NCBI RefSeq assembly: GCF_963921235.1
Contig: NC_086097.1
Span: 247,816,001 to 247,880,000, forward strand
Reading direction: 5' to 3'
DNA: 64,000 bases
Origin: Mobula hypostoma
Taxonomy: Eukaryota
The first letter of the stretch is position 1; each line of letters starts with the position of its first letter. Under the pieces are notes generated by a model, which was not told the origin of the DNA, did not search any database, and worked only from the letters and a program-made list of their open reading frames with translations. Positions 13,845 to 27,982 of the stretch are shown here, one piece after another. Both the position numbers and the translations under genes were made by a program.

Positions 13845-16800
13845 GTATTTTCTGGAATGCTGCCTGTGCCACATGCCAGTGAGGGTAGAAACAGGATGAT
13901 TTGGCAGATAAATGCATTTCTGAGAAGCTGGTGCAGGGGGCAGGGCTTCAGATTCTTGGATAATTGGGATCTTTTCTGGGGAAGTATGACCTGTTCAAAA
14001 GTTGCACCTGAACCCGGGGGTGGGGGGGGGGAACAAGGTCTCGTGGGCAGGTTTGTTAGAGCTGTTGGGGAGGATTTAAACTAACTTGGCGGGGGTGGGG
14101 GTGGGAATCGAAGTGAATGGACTCAGGATAGGACAGATGGTAAAAAAGTAAAGACAGCGTGCAGTCAGACTGTCAGGAAAGGCAGGCAGGTGATGGGATT
14201 TAGTTGCAGCCAGCACACTGTGTATCGAATCATTAGGGATGCAGATTCAGAAAGGACAGCAAATACAGTACTCAAGGTGTTATATCTAAATGCGCTCAGT
14301 ATAAGAAATAAGGTGGATGATCTTGTGGCAATATTACTGATTGCCAGGTAAGATGTTGTGGCCATCACTGAATCATGGCTGAAGGATGGTTGTAGTTGGG
14401 AGCTGAATGTCCAAGGTTACACATTATATCGGAGGGATAGGAAGGTAGGCAGAGAGGGTGGTGTGGCTCTACTGGTAAAGAATGGCATCAAATTAGTAAA
14501 AAGATGTGACATAGGATCATTAAATGTTGACTCCTTGTGGGTTAAGTTAAGAAATTGCAAGAGTAAAAGGACGTCGATGGCAGTTATATACAGGTCTCCC
14601 AACAGGAGCTGGGAGGTGGACCACAGGTTACAACAGGAACTAGAAAAGGCGAGCCAAAATGGCAATGTTATGGTAGTCATGGGAGATTTTAACATGCAGG
14701 TTAATTGGGAAAATCAGGTTGGAAATGGATCTTAAGAGAGTGAGTTTGTTGAATGCCTAAGAGATAGCTTTCGAGAGCAGTTTGTCATTGAGTCTACTAA
14801 GGGATCAGCTCTACTGGATTGGGTGTTATGTAATACACCAAGGCGATTAGGGAACTCAAGGTAAAAGAACCCTTAGGAAAGAGTGATCAGAATATGATTG
14901 TGTTCAACTTGAAATCTGATAGGGAGAAAGTAAAGTCTGATGTAGCAGTATTTCAGTGGAGTACTGGAAATAACAGTGGTATGAGAGAGGAGTTGGCCAA
15001 AGTAAATTGGAAGGAGCTGCTGGCAGGGATGTCAGCAGAGCAGCAATGGAATGCATTTCTGGGAAAAATGAGGAAGGTGCAGGACATGTGTATTCCAAAA
15101 ATGAAGAAATACTCAAATGGTAAAATAGTACAACCATGGCTGACAAGAGAAGTCAAAGCTATTGTAAAAGCAAAAGAAAAGGGCATACAACAAAGCAAAT
15201 TTTAGTGGGCAGATAGAGGATTGGGAAGTTTTTAAAACCTACAGAGAGCAACCAAAAAAATTATTAGAAGGGAAAAGATGAAGTATGAAAGCAAGCTAGC
15301 AAATAATATCAAAGTGAATAGTAAAAGTTTTTTTTCCAAGTATGTTAGAAATAAAAGAGAAATGAGAGTGGATATAGGACCGCTAGAAAATGAGGCAGGA
15401 AAAATAATAGCAGGGGACAAGGAGATGCCTGATGAACTAAAAGGGTATTTTGCGTCAACCTTCACTGTGGAGGACACTAGTAGTACGCCTGATGTTGTAG
15501 TGTGTGAAGAAAGGGGAGTGAGTGCAGTTACTGTTACAAGAGAGAAGGTGCTCAAAAAACTGAAAGACCTAAAGGTACATAAGTCACCCAGACCAGAGGA
15601 ACTGCATCCTAGGGCTCTGAAAGAGATAGCGTTAGAGATTCTGGTGGCATTAGAAATGATCTTTCAAAAATCATCGGACTCTGGCATGGGGTGCCAGAGG
15701 TCTGGAAAATTGCAAATGTTACTCCACTCTTTAACAAAGGAGGAAGGCAGCAGAAAGTAAATTATAGACCAGTTAGCCTGACCTCAGTGGTTGGGAAGAT
15801 GTTAGAGTCAATTGTTAAGGACAAGGTGATGGAGTTCTTGATGATACAGGTCAAGATAGTACAAAGTCAGCATGATTTCCTTCAGGCAAAATCCTGCCTG
15901 ACAAACCTGTTGGAATTCTTTGAGGAGATTACAAGTATGATACATAAAGGGGATGCAGTGGATATTGTATATTTGGTCTTTCAGAAGGCATTTGACAAGG
16001 TGACACACATAACGCTGCTTACCAAGTTAAGAGCCCATGGTATTACAGGAAAGTTACTGGCATGGTTAGAATATTGGCTGATTGGTAGGAGGCAGTGAGT
16101 GGGAATAAAAGGATCCTTTTCTGGTTGGCTGCCAGTGACCAGTGGCATTCTGCAGGGGTCGGTATTGGGGCCACTTCTTTTTATGCTGTATATAAATGAT
16201 TTAGATGATGGAATAGATGGCTTTGTTGCCAAGTTTGCAGATAATATGAAGACTGGTGGAGGGGCAGGTAGTGTTGAAGAAACAGATAGCATGCAGAAGG
16301 ACTTAGACAGATTAGGAGAATGGGCAAGAAAGGGGTAAATGAAATACAATGTTGGAAAATGCATGGTCATGGTAGTAGAAATAAATGTGCGGACTATTTT
16401 CTGACAGAGAGAAAATCCAGATATCTGAGATGCAGAGAGACTTGGAAGTCCTTGTGCAGAACACCCTGAAGGTTAACTTGCAGGTTGAGTCAGTGGTGAG
16501 GAAGGCAAATGGCACGTTAGCATTCATTTCAAGAGATCTGGAATACAAGCGCAGGGACGTGATGCTGAGGCTTTATAAGGCACTGGTGAAGCTTCACCTT
16601 GAGTACTTTGAACAGTTTTGGGCCCCTCATCTTAGAAAAGATGTGTTGGCATTGGAGAGGGTCCAGAGGAGGTTCACAAGGATGATTCCAGGAATGAAAG
16701 GGTTATCATACAAGGAATGTTTAATAGTTCTGGGTCTGTACTCACTGGATTTCAGAAAGATGAGGGGGGATCTCACTGAAACCTTTCCAATGTTGAAAGG

Positions 16801-17163
16801 CCTAGACTGAGTAGATGTAGAAAGGATGTTTCTCACGGTGGGAGAGTCTCGGATAAGAGGGCATAGCCTCAGGATAGAGGGACGCCCTTTCAAAACAGAA
16901 ATGCGGAGAAATTTCTTTGGCCAAAGGGTGGTGAATTTGTGGAATTTGTTGCCACATGCAGCTGTGGAGGCCAGGTCATTGGGTGTATTTAAGGCAGAGA
17001 TGGATAGGTTCTTGATTGGACATGGCATCAAAGGTTACGGGGAGAAGGCCAGGAACTGGGGTTGAGGAGGAGATATTAAAAAAAGGATCAACCATGATTG
17101 AATGGCAGAGCAGACTCGTTGGGCCAGATGGCCTAATTCTGCTCCTATGTCTTATGGTCTTAT
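13845..17163 (+). mobile_element. Near full-length decayed CR1 LINE (ORF1 esterase remnant, APE-RT ORF2, 3' tail)
   Basis: Fragments LPVPHASEGRNRMIWQINAFLRSWCRGQGFRFLDNW (SGNH-type ORF1), AITESWL and MGDFN (APE), NYRPVSLTSVVGK, QGSVLGPLLFMLYINDLD..KFAD (RT). Ends in TCTTATGGTCTTAT. Multiple stops and frameshifts. Confidence 0.95.
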
Positions 17164-17619
17164 AATAGGACATAGATTTACCAATGCTATAGATTTTAAT
17201 AGTCATCTGAAATGAAGGAAGGGAAGCAGTGAAATTGATATATGCAGGGAGGGAAATTCAGAGATGGCTTTCGCAGCTGAAGGCACAAACAACAAAGCGA
17301 AAATAAATCAGCCATGATCAAATGGTGGAGTAGGACTGATGGGCTGAATGGCCTAATTCTGTTCTTTTGTCTAATGGTCAGATTGCAAATAAGAAAGAAG
17401 TTACATTTACCTATTCAAACTATGCTTGGGTACCACCAAAGCACAATCACCCTATGAGCAAGCAAACACATTATTATTGACTTAAATTCTGACAACACTT
17501 CTCCAATTTAACAGTGTTTTGCAAGATAAGAATTCTCTTACAATTGCTTTTTGGAACTAGTGTTGTGCTTATTCAATTTATCTTTTTGTTAGATTACAAA
17601 TTTAGTCTGAATTTCTGAA

Positions 17620-18045
17620 TCTGAATCAGAATCAGGTTTAATATCACCGATGTATGTTGTGAAATTTGTTTGTTATGTGGTAGCAGTACAATGCAATACA
17701 TGATAATATAGAAAAAAATAAGTAATTCAATTACAGTAAGCATATTAAATTGTTATATTAAAAATAGTGCAAAAACAGAAATAATACGAAAAAAGTGAGG
17801 TAGTGTTCATGTCCATTTAGGAATTGGATGGCAGAGGGGAAGAAGCTGTTCCTGAATCACTGACTGTGTGCCTTCAGGCTTCTGTACCTCCTTCCTGACA
17901 GTAACAATGAGAAGAGGACATGTCCTGGGTGATGGGGGTCCTTAATAATGGACACCGCCTTTCTGAGACACCGCTCCTTGAAGATATCTTGGATACTACA
18001 GAGGCTAGTACCCATGATGCAGCTGACTAATTTTACAACTTTCTG
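17620..18045 (-). mobile_element. Rex1-type LINE 3' fragment
   Basis: (TTCAGA/CTGATT)-type tail and HHPGHVLFSLL.SGRRY.SL motif on the minus strand. Homologous fragments at ~5160-5640, 8155-8535, 10060-10510, 11140-11520, 32435-32820, 35995-36380 and 42205-42480. Confidence 0.75.
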
Positions 18046-18349
18046 TTGTTCAAGATGCTTGTACTAAAAAGAGTAATGCAAGTATCAATTTCTCAACCAG
18101 ATCAAAGCACAGTTTTACAACGAAACGCCCAATACTCTTCAGCTATTCAATTACCCTGATTATTAGAACATCGCTTGACACTGCATAAATTGCAACATCA
18201 TAACACTTTACAAGTTCTTAATAGGAAACAAAGTATCTGAGGACCTAAATTGTAGGGAAAGGACAAATAAATTAGCACTTTATTCCCTGAAACATAAGAG
18301 AATGAGGGGAGATTTTAAAGAGGTATCAAAAATGATGAGGGATACTGAT

Positions 18350-19140
18350 GAACATAGAACAGTACAGCACACAACAGGCCCTTCAGCCCATAATGCTGTG
18401 CCAAACCAAAATAATTAGTAATCAAATGGCCAACTGAACTACTCCCCTCTACCCACACAAGTTCCACAGCCATCCATTTTCCTCACATTCATCTGCTTAT
18501 CTAAACGGTCTTTTAAAAGCCGCTAATGTACCTGCCTCTACAACCACCCCAGGCAGCGCATTCCAGGCACCTACCACCCTCTGTGGAAAAAAAAATCCAA
18601 AAATGTGCCCCTCACTTATCCTTGAAATTCCCCTCTTTCACCTTAAATGCATGCCATTTCGTATCAGACATTTCAACCCTGGGAAGAAGATGCTCTCTAT
18701 CCAGTCTATCTATGCCCCACATAATCTTAAACCTCTATCAGATCTCCCCTCATCCTCCGCCACTCCAGAGAAAACAACCCAAGTTTATCCACCTCTTGTT
18801 ATATCACACACCCTCTAATCCAGGCAGCATCCTGGTAAACCTCCTCTACACTCTCTTCAAAACCTTGACATACAGTAACTGTATGCAATACTCCATCTGC
18901 AGCCTAACTAGAGTTTTATAAAGCTGCAACATTACTGACTGACTTTTGACCTCAGTGCCTTGACTAATAAAGGCCAGCATGCCATACGCCTTCCTAACCA
19001 CCCTCTCAGCCTCTGTAGCCACTTTCAGGAAGCTATGTACTTGGACCACAAGATCCCTCTGCTTTTCAAGAAGGAACATATCAAGCGGCCACACTTTAAA
19101 CTTGGCCGGATTCAGCTCCACCTGCCATTCTTCCACACCT
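18350..19140 (-). mobile_element. CR1 3' fragment (second subfamily)
   Basis: QRDLVVQVHSFLKVA...RKAYGMLAFISQG..MLQLYKTLVR..EYC. Confidence 0.88.
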
Positions 19141-19149
19141 TGGCCACTG

Positions 19150-19352
19150 GGAAATTGCACTTTTGCCAGACGGAGCAGAGGTGCTCAACACAGCGGTCTC
19201 CCAATTTACGTCGGGTCTCACCAGTGTAGAGAAGACTGCACTGGGAACACCGGATACAACAGATGACCCCAAAAGATTCACAGGTGAAGTTTTGCCTGGA
19301 AGGAGTGTTTGGGGCCCTGAATGGAGGTGAGGGAAGAAGTAAATAGGCAGGT
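19150..19352 (-). mobile_element. Penelope-like element GIY-YIG endonuclease remnant
   Basis: Minus-strand translation TCLFTSSLTSIQGPKHSFQ/FTCESFGVICCIRCSQCSLLYTGETRRKLGDRCVEHL matches the PLE pattern FTC.S..VIY.I.C..C..LY.GET.R.L..R..EH. Confidence 0.85.
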
Positions 19353-21925
19353 CCGAATTCCCTTCTTGAGCTCTTTTTGGCTTCTTTATAATCTTCAAGG
19401 GCTCCATTTGATCTTAGCTTCCTAATATTTATCTACTTTTCCTTTTTCTGCTTTGACTAAATTCATCACCTCCCTCGACATCTCTTACTTTGCCGTCTTT
19501 CCTTCTGACTTGCCCTGTACTCTGGTCTTTAAACACTCTCCACATGCTGGATATGGACTTACTGAGAAGCAGCTGCTCCCAATTCACTCTCCCTATTTCC
19601 TGCCTAATACACACGTAATTTGCTCTCTTCTCCAATTTAATACTCTCGCATAAGGTCCAGACTTATTTTTATCTATAGCTACCTTAAAACTTAAGGAGTT
19701 CTGGTCACTGTTCATCCACTGAAAGGTCAGTCACCTGGCCAGGCTCATTACCCAACACCAGATCCAGTACAGCCTCTCCTCTTGTTTGACTATCTACATA
19801 TTGATTTAAGAAAGCCTCCTAGATGCACTGAACAAATTCTGCCCCATCTAAACCTCTTCAACTAAGAAGGTCCCAGTTTATATGAGGGACGTTGAAGTCC
19901 TCCATGACACTGACCCTATTGTTTTTAAATCTTTCCTTGGCAAGACATTGCCAAGGTCCATAATGAGTATTTCTCTTCAGTTGCTACCATGGAGAAAGAC
20001 AAAGACTTCAGATGTAGGAAGAGTAAATAACATTGTCATGGACATACTCTGCATTACAGTTGAGGTGCAGGGTATCTCATGCCTCAAAAAGGTAAACAAA
20101 TCCCCAGGGCCTCAAGAAGACAGGATACATCCTTCATGATATCTGCTGACTTCTTGAGTCATTGTCTTTTGAAGATGTCCTCATTGTGGGGAAGTTGGAT
20201 GCCATGACAGAACTAACTGAGTTTACAACTCTCCACATCTTTTTCCAATCCTGTGGACCGGCCCCTTCATAGCAGCCAGTGATGCTAGTCAGAATGATCA
20301 CTGTGTATAAGTAGTAAGCTGCTAGTCTCCATGACCCTCCATTTTTGTTACAACCATGTGCCTTTTAAATTGTGTAATGTGGATGGGAAACTGGTTGGCT
20401 CAGAAAAAACAGAGGCTTGGAATAATGGGTCATCTCCAGGCTCCAGGGGTGCGTAACCAGAGAACTACCCTAGGAATCGGTTCTTGACTTTCAACTGATT
20501 AAGGACCTGAAGAAGGGAACAGAATGCAGGGTGTCCAGTCTGCCAGTGTTACTATACATTTGGAAGGGCATGCTGTGATGAAGACACTGTGATTCTGCAA
20601 TGGGATATCGATACCCTCAGTGACTGGTCTGAATGTATGAGGTCATGCACTTTGGAAAGAGGAATCAAACGTAAACACTGCAATTTAGAAGAATGAGGGG
20701 GGATCTCACTGAAACCTATGGAATATTGAATGGCCAAGGTAGAATGAACATGGAGAGAATTTTTCCTGTAGTGTGGGAGTCTAGGGCCAGAGGACACAGC
20801 CTCAAAATACAGGAATGTCCCTTTAGAATTCCTTTAGCCAGAACGTGGTGAACCTATGGAATTCATCGCCACAGACTACTGTGGAGGACAAGCCATTGAG
20901 TATATTTAAAGCAGAGGTTGATAAGTTCTTGATTAGTAAAGCCATTAAAGGTTATGGGGAGAAGGCAGGAGAATGGGGTTGAAAGGGGTGATAAATCAGT
21001 CATAGTGGACTGGCAGAGCAGACTCGTTGGACTGAATTGCCTAATTCTGCTCCCACGTCTTATCATCTTAACCTGCCTTTTCCTCAGTTTCCCAGTAGTT
21101 TTTTTGGGGGACGGGGCGGGGGGGGGTCTACAGCACAATCTGATCAGAGTGATTGCAACTTTCCTATATTTGAGTTCTACCCATATAGATTCAGTGGATG
21201 AGCCCTCCATTGTGTCCACTCTGAGTACAGCTGTGATTAGTAGTATAACTCTCCCACCTCTTTTATCTCCCTCGCTATCTTTTCTAAAACACTTAAACCT
21301 TGGGACATTAAGCACCCATTCCTGTTCCCTTCTCTATCAAGTCTCTGTAATGGCCACAACATCGTAGTTCCATCTACTGATCCGTGCTCTCAGTTCACCA
21401 CCTTTACCCATTATATTCCCAGTATTAAAATACATACACTTCAATCTTTCCACCCCATCGTATCTATCACCTTGCTCCTCTCTGTTTTTACTGGCCTGTC
21501 ATCTACCTTCCTCTCCATCCCTCTGCTTTCTGACCTGGTGCTCTGGTTCCTATTCCCCCTGCCAAATTAGTTTAAACCATCCTGAATAGCACTTACAAAC
21601 CTTCCAGCCAAATATTGGTTCCCTTCCAGTTTAGGTGCAATCTGTCCCTCTTGTGCAGGTTAACCCTGCCCCAGAAAAGGTTCCAATTATCCGAGAATCC
21701 AAAAGCCTTCCCCCTGCACCAGTTCCTCAGCCACTCCATCTGTACTATCATTCCATTCCTGTCCTGACGAGCATGTGGTACCGGAAGTAATCCAGACATT
21801 ACTACCTTGGACGTCCTGCTCTTCAGTCTTTCCTGACTCCCAATACTCGCTGTCTAGGACCTCTTCCCCCTTTCTACCTACATCAATGTGCACCATGACC
21901 TCTGGCTGTTCCCTCTGAGCCGCAC
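19353..21925. mobile_element. Patchwork of CR1 fragments in both orientations (ORF2 5' part and ORF1 esterase remnant on minus; RT/3' end at ~20370-21065 on plus)
   Basis: GLLPVPHARQDRN..WLRNWCRG..F...NWNLFWGR (ORF1), ESIWVEL, GDLTETY..LNG and a CR1 3' UTR. Confidence 0.8.
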
Positions 21926-21944
21926 TGACAAGCAACCCAAACTA

Positions 21945-22170
21945 CACACTTGACTTAACCCCAATCACAGGACAATTTACAATGACCAATTGGCCTACTA
22001 ACCAGCGCATCTTTGGACCATAGGAGAAAACCGGAGGACGGGGAAAAGCATACGCATTCCATGGGGAGGATGTACAGACTCCTTACAGATGACGTTGGAA
22101 TTGAACTCTGAACTCCAACGCTCCGAGCTGTAACAGCGTCGCGCTAACCACTACATTACTATGCTGTCCA
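21945..22170 (-). mobile_element. V-SINE (HE1-like)
   Basis: Minus strand has TAGTGGTTAGCGCGACGCTGTTACAGC..GTTCAATTCC..GTAAGGAGTCTGTACATCCTCCCC. Confidence 0.8.
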
Positions 22171-22354
22171 CTTTGCAGCCCCAGAATCTTCTGCCCATCC
22201 CTCTATTTCTACCGCTCTACCGGATTTTGCTCTTCCCCGCTGAGGCTCAGAGCCAGCCACTGTGCTATTAGCCTAGCTGCTGCCGCTGCCGTGCCGTGAT
22301 GGCCCAATGGGTCACCTCCCCCGCCCCCACCAACCTCTCCGGCAACAGTATCCA

Positions 22355-22910
22355 AAGGGATACTTTAACATCTGCCGGATGATGCTGAGGATGTTCTACG
22401 AGTCTGTGCCGGCCAGTGCTATTATGTTTGCTGTTGTGTGCTGGGACAGCAGGCTGAAGGTAGCAGACACCAACAGAATCAACAAACTCATTCGTAAGGC
22501 CAGTGATGTTGTGGGGATGGAACTGGACTCTCTGACGGTGGTGTCTGAAAAGAGGATGCTGTCCAAGTTGCATGCCATCTTGGACAATATCTCCCATCCA
22601 CTACATAATGTACTAGTTGGGCACAGGAGTACATTCAGCCAGAGACTCATTCCACCGAGATGCAACACAGAGCATCATAGGAAGTCATTCCTGCCTGTGG
22701 CCATCAAACTTTACAACTCCTCCCTTGGAGGGTCAGACACCCTGAGCCAATAGGCTAGTCCTGGACTTATTTCCTGGCATAATTTACATATTACTATTTA
22801 ACTATTTATGGTTTTATTACTATTTAATTATTTATGGTGCAACTGTAACAAAAACCAATTTCCCCCGGGATCAATAAAGTATGACTACGACTATGACTAT
22901 GACTATGATT
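22355..22910 (+). mobile_element. Rex1-type LINE 3' end, relatively young, with (GACTAT)n tail
   Basis: Open reading MLRMFYESV.ASAIMFAVVCW...SHPLH...RLIPPRCNTEHHRKSFLPVAIKLYN*, then AATAAA and a (GACTAT) tail. Confidence 0.85.
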
Positions 22911-24103
22911 GCTATTTCAAGGATAGGGAAAATCCAAGCAGGCATTGTCCACTGAGGTTGGGTGAGACTCGAACCAGGGTAATGGGTTAAGGGTGAAAGG
23001 TGAAATACTTAAGGTGGTACCTGAGAGGGAAATTCTTCACTCAGTGGGTGGTGTGAGTGTTGAATGAGCCGCCAGCAGAAGTAGTGGATGAGAGTTCAAT
23101 TGCAGCATTTAGGAAAAGTTTGGAAGGGTACATGAATGGAAGATATTCGCAAATCTGTGGTCCAGGTGTGGGTTGATTGGACCGGGCAGAAAGCTTGGCA
23201 CAGACTAGATGGGCTGAAGAGCCTGTTTCTGAGCTGTAGTGCCCTATGAATCTATTTGTTACCCCCAAAGCTTCAGCAAGGCTCTATAGGCACAAGGAGT
23301 CCTATCACTTTTTTTTAAAAAGATCGCTCAAATCTTTTTTTAAAATCCATTTCCAAAAAAATTCCTGAATTCAGGCGGCATAAATCCTATCATAATCTGA
23401 AAAGTATCTTCCTAAGTTTATTCTACCTACAAAACATTTAGAGTCAGAGTCATAGAAAGGTACAGCACAGAAACAGGCCCTTCGGCCCATCTAGTCCATG
23501 CTGAACTGAATAAACTGTCTACTCCCATTGACCTGCACTGGGATTTTTTTTTAGAAAATCACCTTTGGGTGTTCCAAATCATACTTGGGTTGTCACCACC
23601 TCAAACAAGATTAGTAATATAACTGTAATTTATAGTTTGTCTTTTTATACATTGCACTATACTGCTACCACAGAACAACACATTTCACGACATACGTCAG
23701 TGATATTAAAACTCATTCTGATTCTGATCTCCCCAGTACCCATTAAATCATTAATAATTTTCAATCCTTCACATATTTCCTGTGTCTCCCTCAGCATGAA
23801 CACCATGTATCCTTCAGGATTCTAAGGTGGGACAACAAAGGGTAAAAAATTGCTGCCAGCTATCGCCTCAGAGCTAAATGTTAAAGCTATTTATGGTAGC
23901 AGATATTCCCATCTAACTCCAACGCCAACAATAAGGCAAATTTTGCTGTTACAGATACATGGGGAAATGTGCAGCATTCTGTTCCGTTTACACAAGGTTA
24001 AGGCACACTCAATCAGTCACATTTCCAAACCTGCAGAATAATGACACTGCAATGGTATGAGAACTGAGCCTTTACTCTGTTGGTTAAAAAAAATATGAAT
24101 TAT

Positions 24104-24680
24104 ACACCCGGTGGCCAGTTTATTAGGTACAGAGGTGGAACCTGCTGTAGCCTTCTGCTGCTGTAGCCCATCCACAATGTATGATACGTTGTGCGTCGAG
24201 AGATGCTCTTCTGCACACCACTGTTGTAGTGTATGGTTATTTGAGTTACTGTCTCCTTCCTTCCAGCTTGAACCAGTTCAGCCATTCTCCTCTGATCTCT
24301 CTCATTAACAAGACATTTTTGACACAGAACTGCCGCTCACTGGATTTTTTTGGCACCATTCTCTGTAAACCCTAGAGCAGGGGTTCCCAACCTTTTCTAT
24401 GCCATGGACCCTTACCATTAACCAAGGGATCTGCGGACCCCGGGTGGGAAACCCCTGCTCCAGAGATGGTTGTGCATGATAATCCCAGGAGGTCAGCAGT
24501 TTCTGACATATTCAATCCATCCCATCTGACACCAACATTCATTCCACCACCAAAGTCACAAAGTCATTTCTTCCCCATTTTGATGTTTGGTCTGAACTTC
24601 TGACCATACTGCATTGAGTTGCTGCCCCGATTAGATATTTGCATTAACGAACAGGTGTTCCGGTGCACTAATAAATGGGT
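24104..24680 (-). mobile_element. Internally deleted Tc1-like element with a nested hAT MITE
   Basis: Homologous to 13263-13557. TIR-like GTGGCCAGTTTATTAGGTACA at the left end. ORF remnant RKETVTQITIHYNSGVQKSIS..TT..TL.MGYSSRR. Confidence 0.8.
24378..24457. mobile_element. 80-bp hAT (Charlie/MER5-like) MITE
   Basis: TIRs CAGGGGTTCCCAACC / GGGTGGGAAACCCCTG. Degenerate 8-bp TSD CCCTAGAG / CTCCAGAG; the uninserted host site in the 13.3-kb copy reads CTCTAGAG. Confidence 0.88.
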
Positions 24681-25319
24681 GTTACTATGCCACAAAACGC
24701 ATATACAAACGAGGTATTGGGTTCAAACTTACAGCAGAAAAGTTTGCGACTGGAAGAGGAAAGAGACAGAATGAGGGTATAATTGTTTCACAGCAGAAAA
24801 ACAATTAAGTAACAATTTATTAGGAGACCATGTTTCCACCATATTTACTTTAGTTTTCTGCATCCCAATGGAAAAATGAATTTGGTATGGTGCAAACTGA
24901 CTTGTTTTGTTGTCATCATGTCTGCACCATTGCTGAAATATGATTTCTCACCAATGTGTTCTGAAGATAAATGGGGGGAGCCAATTTTTATTGGTAATTT
25001 GAGGGAATACATTTAAAATTGTTGCTTATAAACCCGAGGTAAGAATGTTTTAAAGGGAGATTAGCTTTATTTGTCACATGTACATCGAAACATACAGAGA
25101 AATGTGCCATCTTGTGTCAAATCTGTTGAGCAAAAAGTTGTGCTGGGGGCAGCCCGCAAGTGTCACCATGTTCCAAAGGCTTAGGTGATAGGAAAGAAAG
25201 TGATTCCAGGATAAAATGGCCTCTTCCTCACAAAAAGTCCATACAATGGCAAAGCAAAGCCAAAATTGCACAATCCATTCCCCTCACAAAGTTATAAATT
25301 AAGCTGCTCTGCACTTGGT

Positions 25320-25860
25320 ATGTTTGGGTGGCGGGGTGGAGATATGACCCTACCAAAGGAGGTGTACGGTTCTCCCGCCCTCTGCTAGCCTGCAGGTCAC
25401 CCTTGGGCGAGGTGTAGCACCCGCTGAGCAACCCCCCCCCACCCCCCGCGATCAGGATCACATGAAACCATGGGAGCAGGTGATGGATAGTCATGTGAAC
25501 AGCTGGTGCAAATCACAAGTCCTGATTATGTGACCACTGACGTCAGGAAGAGTATTGATAAAGGCTGGGGTCACCCGTCTTGTAAAGACACTGCCCAGAA
25601 GGTAGCAATGACGAACCACTTCTGCAGAAACATTTATCGTGAGCAATCATGGTCATAGAAAGACCACTGACATGAGAAAGTCTGCAGATGCTGGAAATGC
25701 AGAGCAACGTGCACAAAATGCTGGAGGAACGCAGCAGTTCAGGCAGTATCTGTGGAAATGAGTAAACAGTCCACGTTTATGGCTGAGACCCTTCATCAGG
25801 ACCCTGATGTGGGCAATCATAGAAAGACCATGGCCGCCCAAGTCATACAACATGGCACAT
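25320..25860 (+). mobile_element. SINE-like RTE-related repeat (copy 2), interrupted by a Penelope-like terminal-repeat insert (~25667-25816)
   Basis: Alignable to 9495-9860. The insert is flanked by duplicated TCATAGAAAGACCA (25653-25666 and 25817-25830). Confidence 0.65.
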
Positions 25861-26639
25861 AATGAACTGACGTGTTTGATAGTAAGACAATTTTGCAATA
25901 ATAGAAAAGTTCCTTACTAATATTAGCACTAATTGTGCAATAGAATCTTGTCAATATTTCTATATTAAAAGATTCTTTTCTAACTGAATCACTGGTGCGC
26001 CTTCTTTGTGGCCTATTTAGTTGATGAAAATTAAAGCTGCTGAGGTTTGTCATAAATTCCTATGTTAACATGTTTAACATAATACTGAAATATGCGGGAA
26101 TATTGTATTATCAAACAGTATTTGACATTAGTCACTTCAGGAAATGCTCTGAGAAGTGTCTACAATTTACACAAAAGAGCACTGCAGAGGAAAGAGACGT
26201 AGAGGTTTAGGGATGGAATTTCAGAAATGGGATCTAAGAAATTGAAGGTAAACATAACACAATTTTACAGTTGAGGAAACCCAGGATAAAAGCTAATGAA
26301 TGTAAAGTTCACACTTCAGAGATGAAAAACAAACTCACCTCTGCATTACTCAGAAATGGCTAATGCAAGGGGGCAAAATTTAAAGGTGATTGGGGGAAGA
26401 TATGGGGGGAGGATTGTCAGAGGCAACGTGTTTTTTTTTACACAGAGAGTGGTGAATGCATGGTATATACTGCTCGGGTGGATAGAGGGGATGCACTAGG
26501 GGCATTTAGAAGCTTCTTAGATAAGCACATGGATGAAAGGAAAATGTAATAGGAAAGGGTTAGATTGATCTTAAGATCAGCACATTGTGGGCAGTAGAGT
26601 CTGTACCATGCTATAGTGTTCTATGTTCTAACTATGTAA

Positions 26640-27115
26640 ACTTGCTTACTTATTGCCCATTGTCACTGGTGTTTAGGGCAGAAATGAAGATCCTTCATCT
26701 CTGTCTCTCCTTAACCATCTTCTCTATTGTGCCTCAGGTGTGGATCAGGGTCCACATTTCTGCCTCTACAGTAAGGTGCCAAGTTGTCTTTGGTCTCCTC
26801 TGGTTTCTCCACCCCTCAGGGGTCCAATGAAGTGCTGTCTTGATGATGGTGTTGGCCTCTCTTCTGATCACGTGCCCAATCCATCTCTAACAATTCCTCA
26901 TGATGACTGTGGCCATGTCTTCTTGGTGACACTGAAGGAGCAGGGTGTGGTTGGAGATCTATCTTGGCCAGTAAATACGGACGATCTTCCAGAGGGTCAT
27001 GGTATGAAATGATGACAGCTTAGCAAGATCGCGCTCTGTCACGTGCCAGCATTCTGACCCATACAAGAGTGTGGACAGAACACAGATCTGCTACAGCTTT
27101 ACTTTGGTGTATAGC
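26640..27115 (-). mobile_element. RTE-clade LINE 3' fragment
   Basis: Minus-strand remnants STLLYGSECW, RWIGHV.R, KTALHWTPEG....RPKTTW..TVE and a TAAG-type tail. Confidence 0.82.
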
Positions 27116-27324
27116 CCGTTAGCTCAGTCAATAGATCATATAAATACAGCAACATCTTATCGCCATTTAATATGTTAGTACAGAAACATCTTATCACCTT
27201 AATATGTTGCATTAAATTTTACATTGAGCATGTATGAATTGAATAAAGCCACCTGATTCACGTGTCACCAGACTCACGGAAAACACTATCAGCCGTGTTT
27301 TCTATGCGTCTGGTCTTTTATAGA

Positions 27325-27850
27325 GTCACAGAAAAGTACAGCACAGAAACAGGCCCTTCAGCCCATCCAGCTGCTTAACAAGATAAAATCCTACGGTGTT
27401 ACAGGAAAGATACTGGCATGGATAGAGGAATGGCTGACAGGCAGGAGGCAGCGAGTGGGAATAAAGGGGGCCCTTTCTGGTTGGCTGCCAGTGACTAGTT
27501 GTGTTCCTCAGGGGTCAATACTGGGACCACTACTTTTCACATTGTTTGTCAATGATTTAGATTTGGTTGCAAAGTTTGTGGATGATACGAAGATAGGTAG
27601 AGGGGTAGGTAGTGCTGAGGAAGCCATGTAATTGCAGCAGGACTTAGACAAATTGGAAGAATGGGCAAAAAAATGACAGATGGAATACAGTGTTGGGAAA
27701 TGTATGATAGTGCATTTTGGTAAAAGGAACAATAATGTAGACTATTATCTAAATGAGGGGAAAATTCAAACATCAGAGGTGCAAAGGGACTTGGGAGTCC
27801 TTGTGCAAGACACCCAGAAGCTTAAATTACAGGTTGAGCCTGTGGTAAAG
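27325..27850 (+). mobile_element. CR1 RT fragment
   Basis: PQGSILGPLLF, KFVDDTKIG, QRDLGVLVQD. The first ~45 bp is an inverted CR1 tail. Confidence 0.85.
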
Positions 27851-27982
27851 AACAAATATAAATGGATCAATGACATCACAAGAGTTATCAATGGCTTCCT
27901 AACATTGGATAGTGCAATGCAGAAAAATAGAATTATATAACTGGAGCTCTCATTTAAACAGAAACCATTCTGAATATTAAGG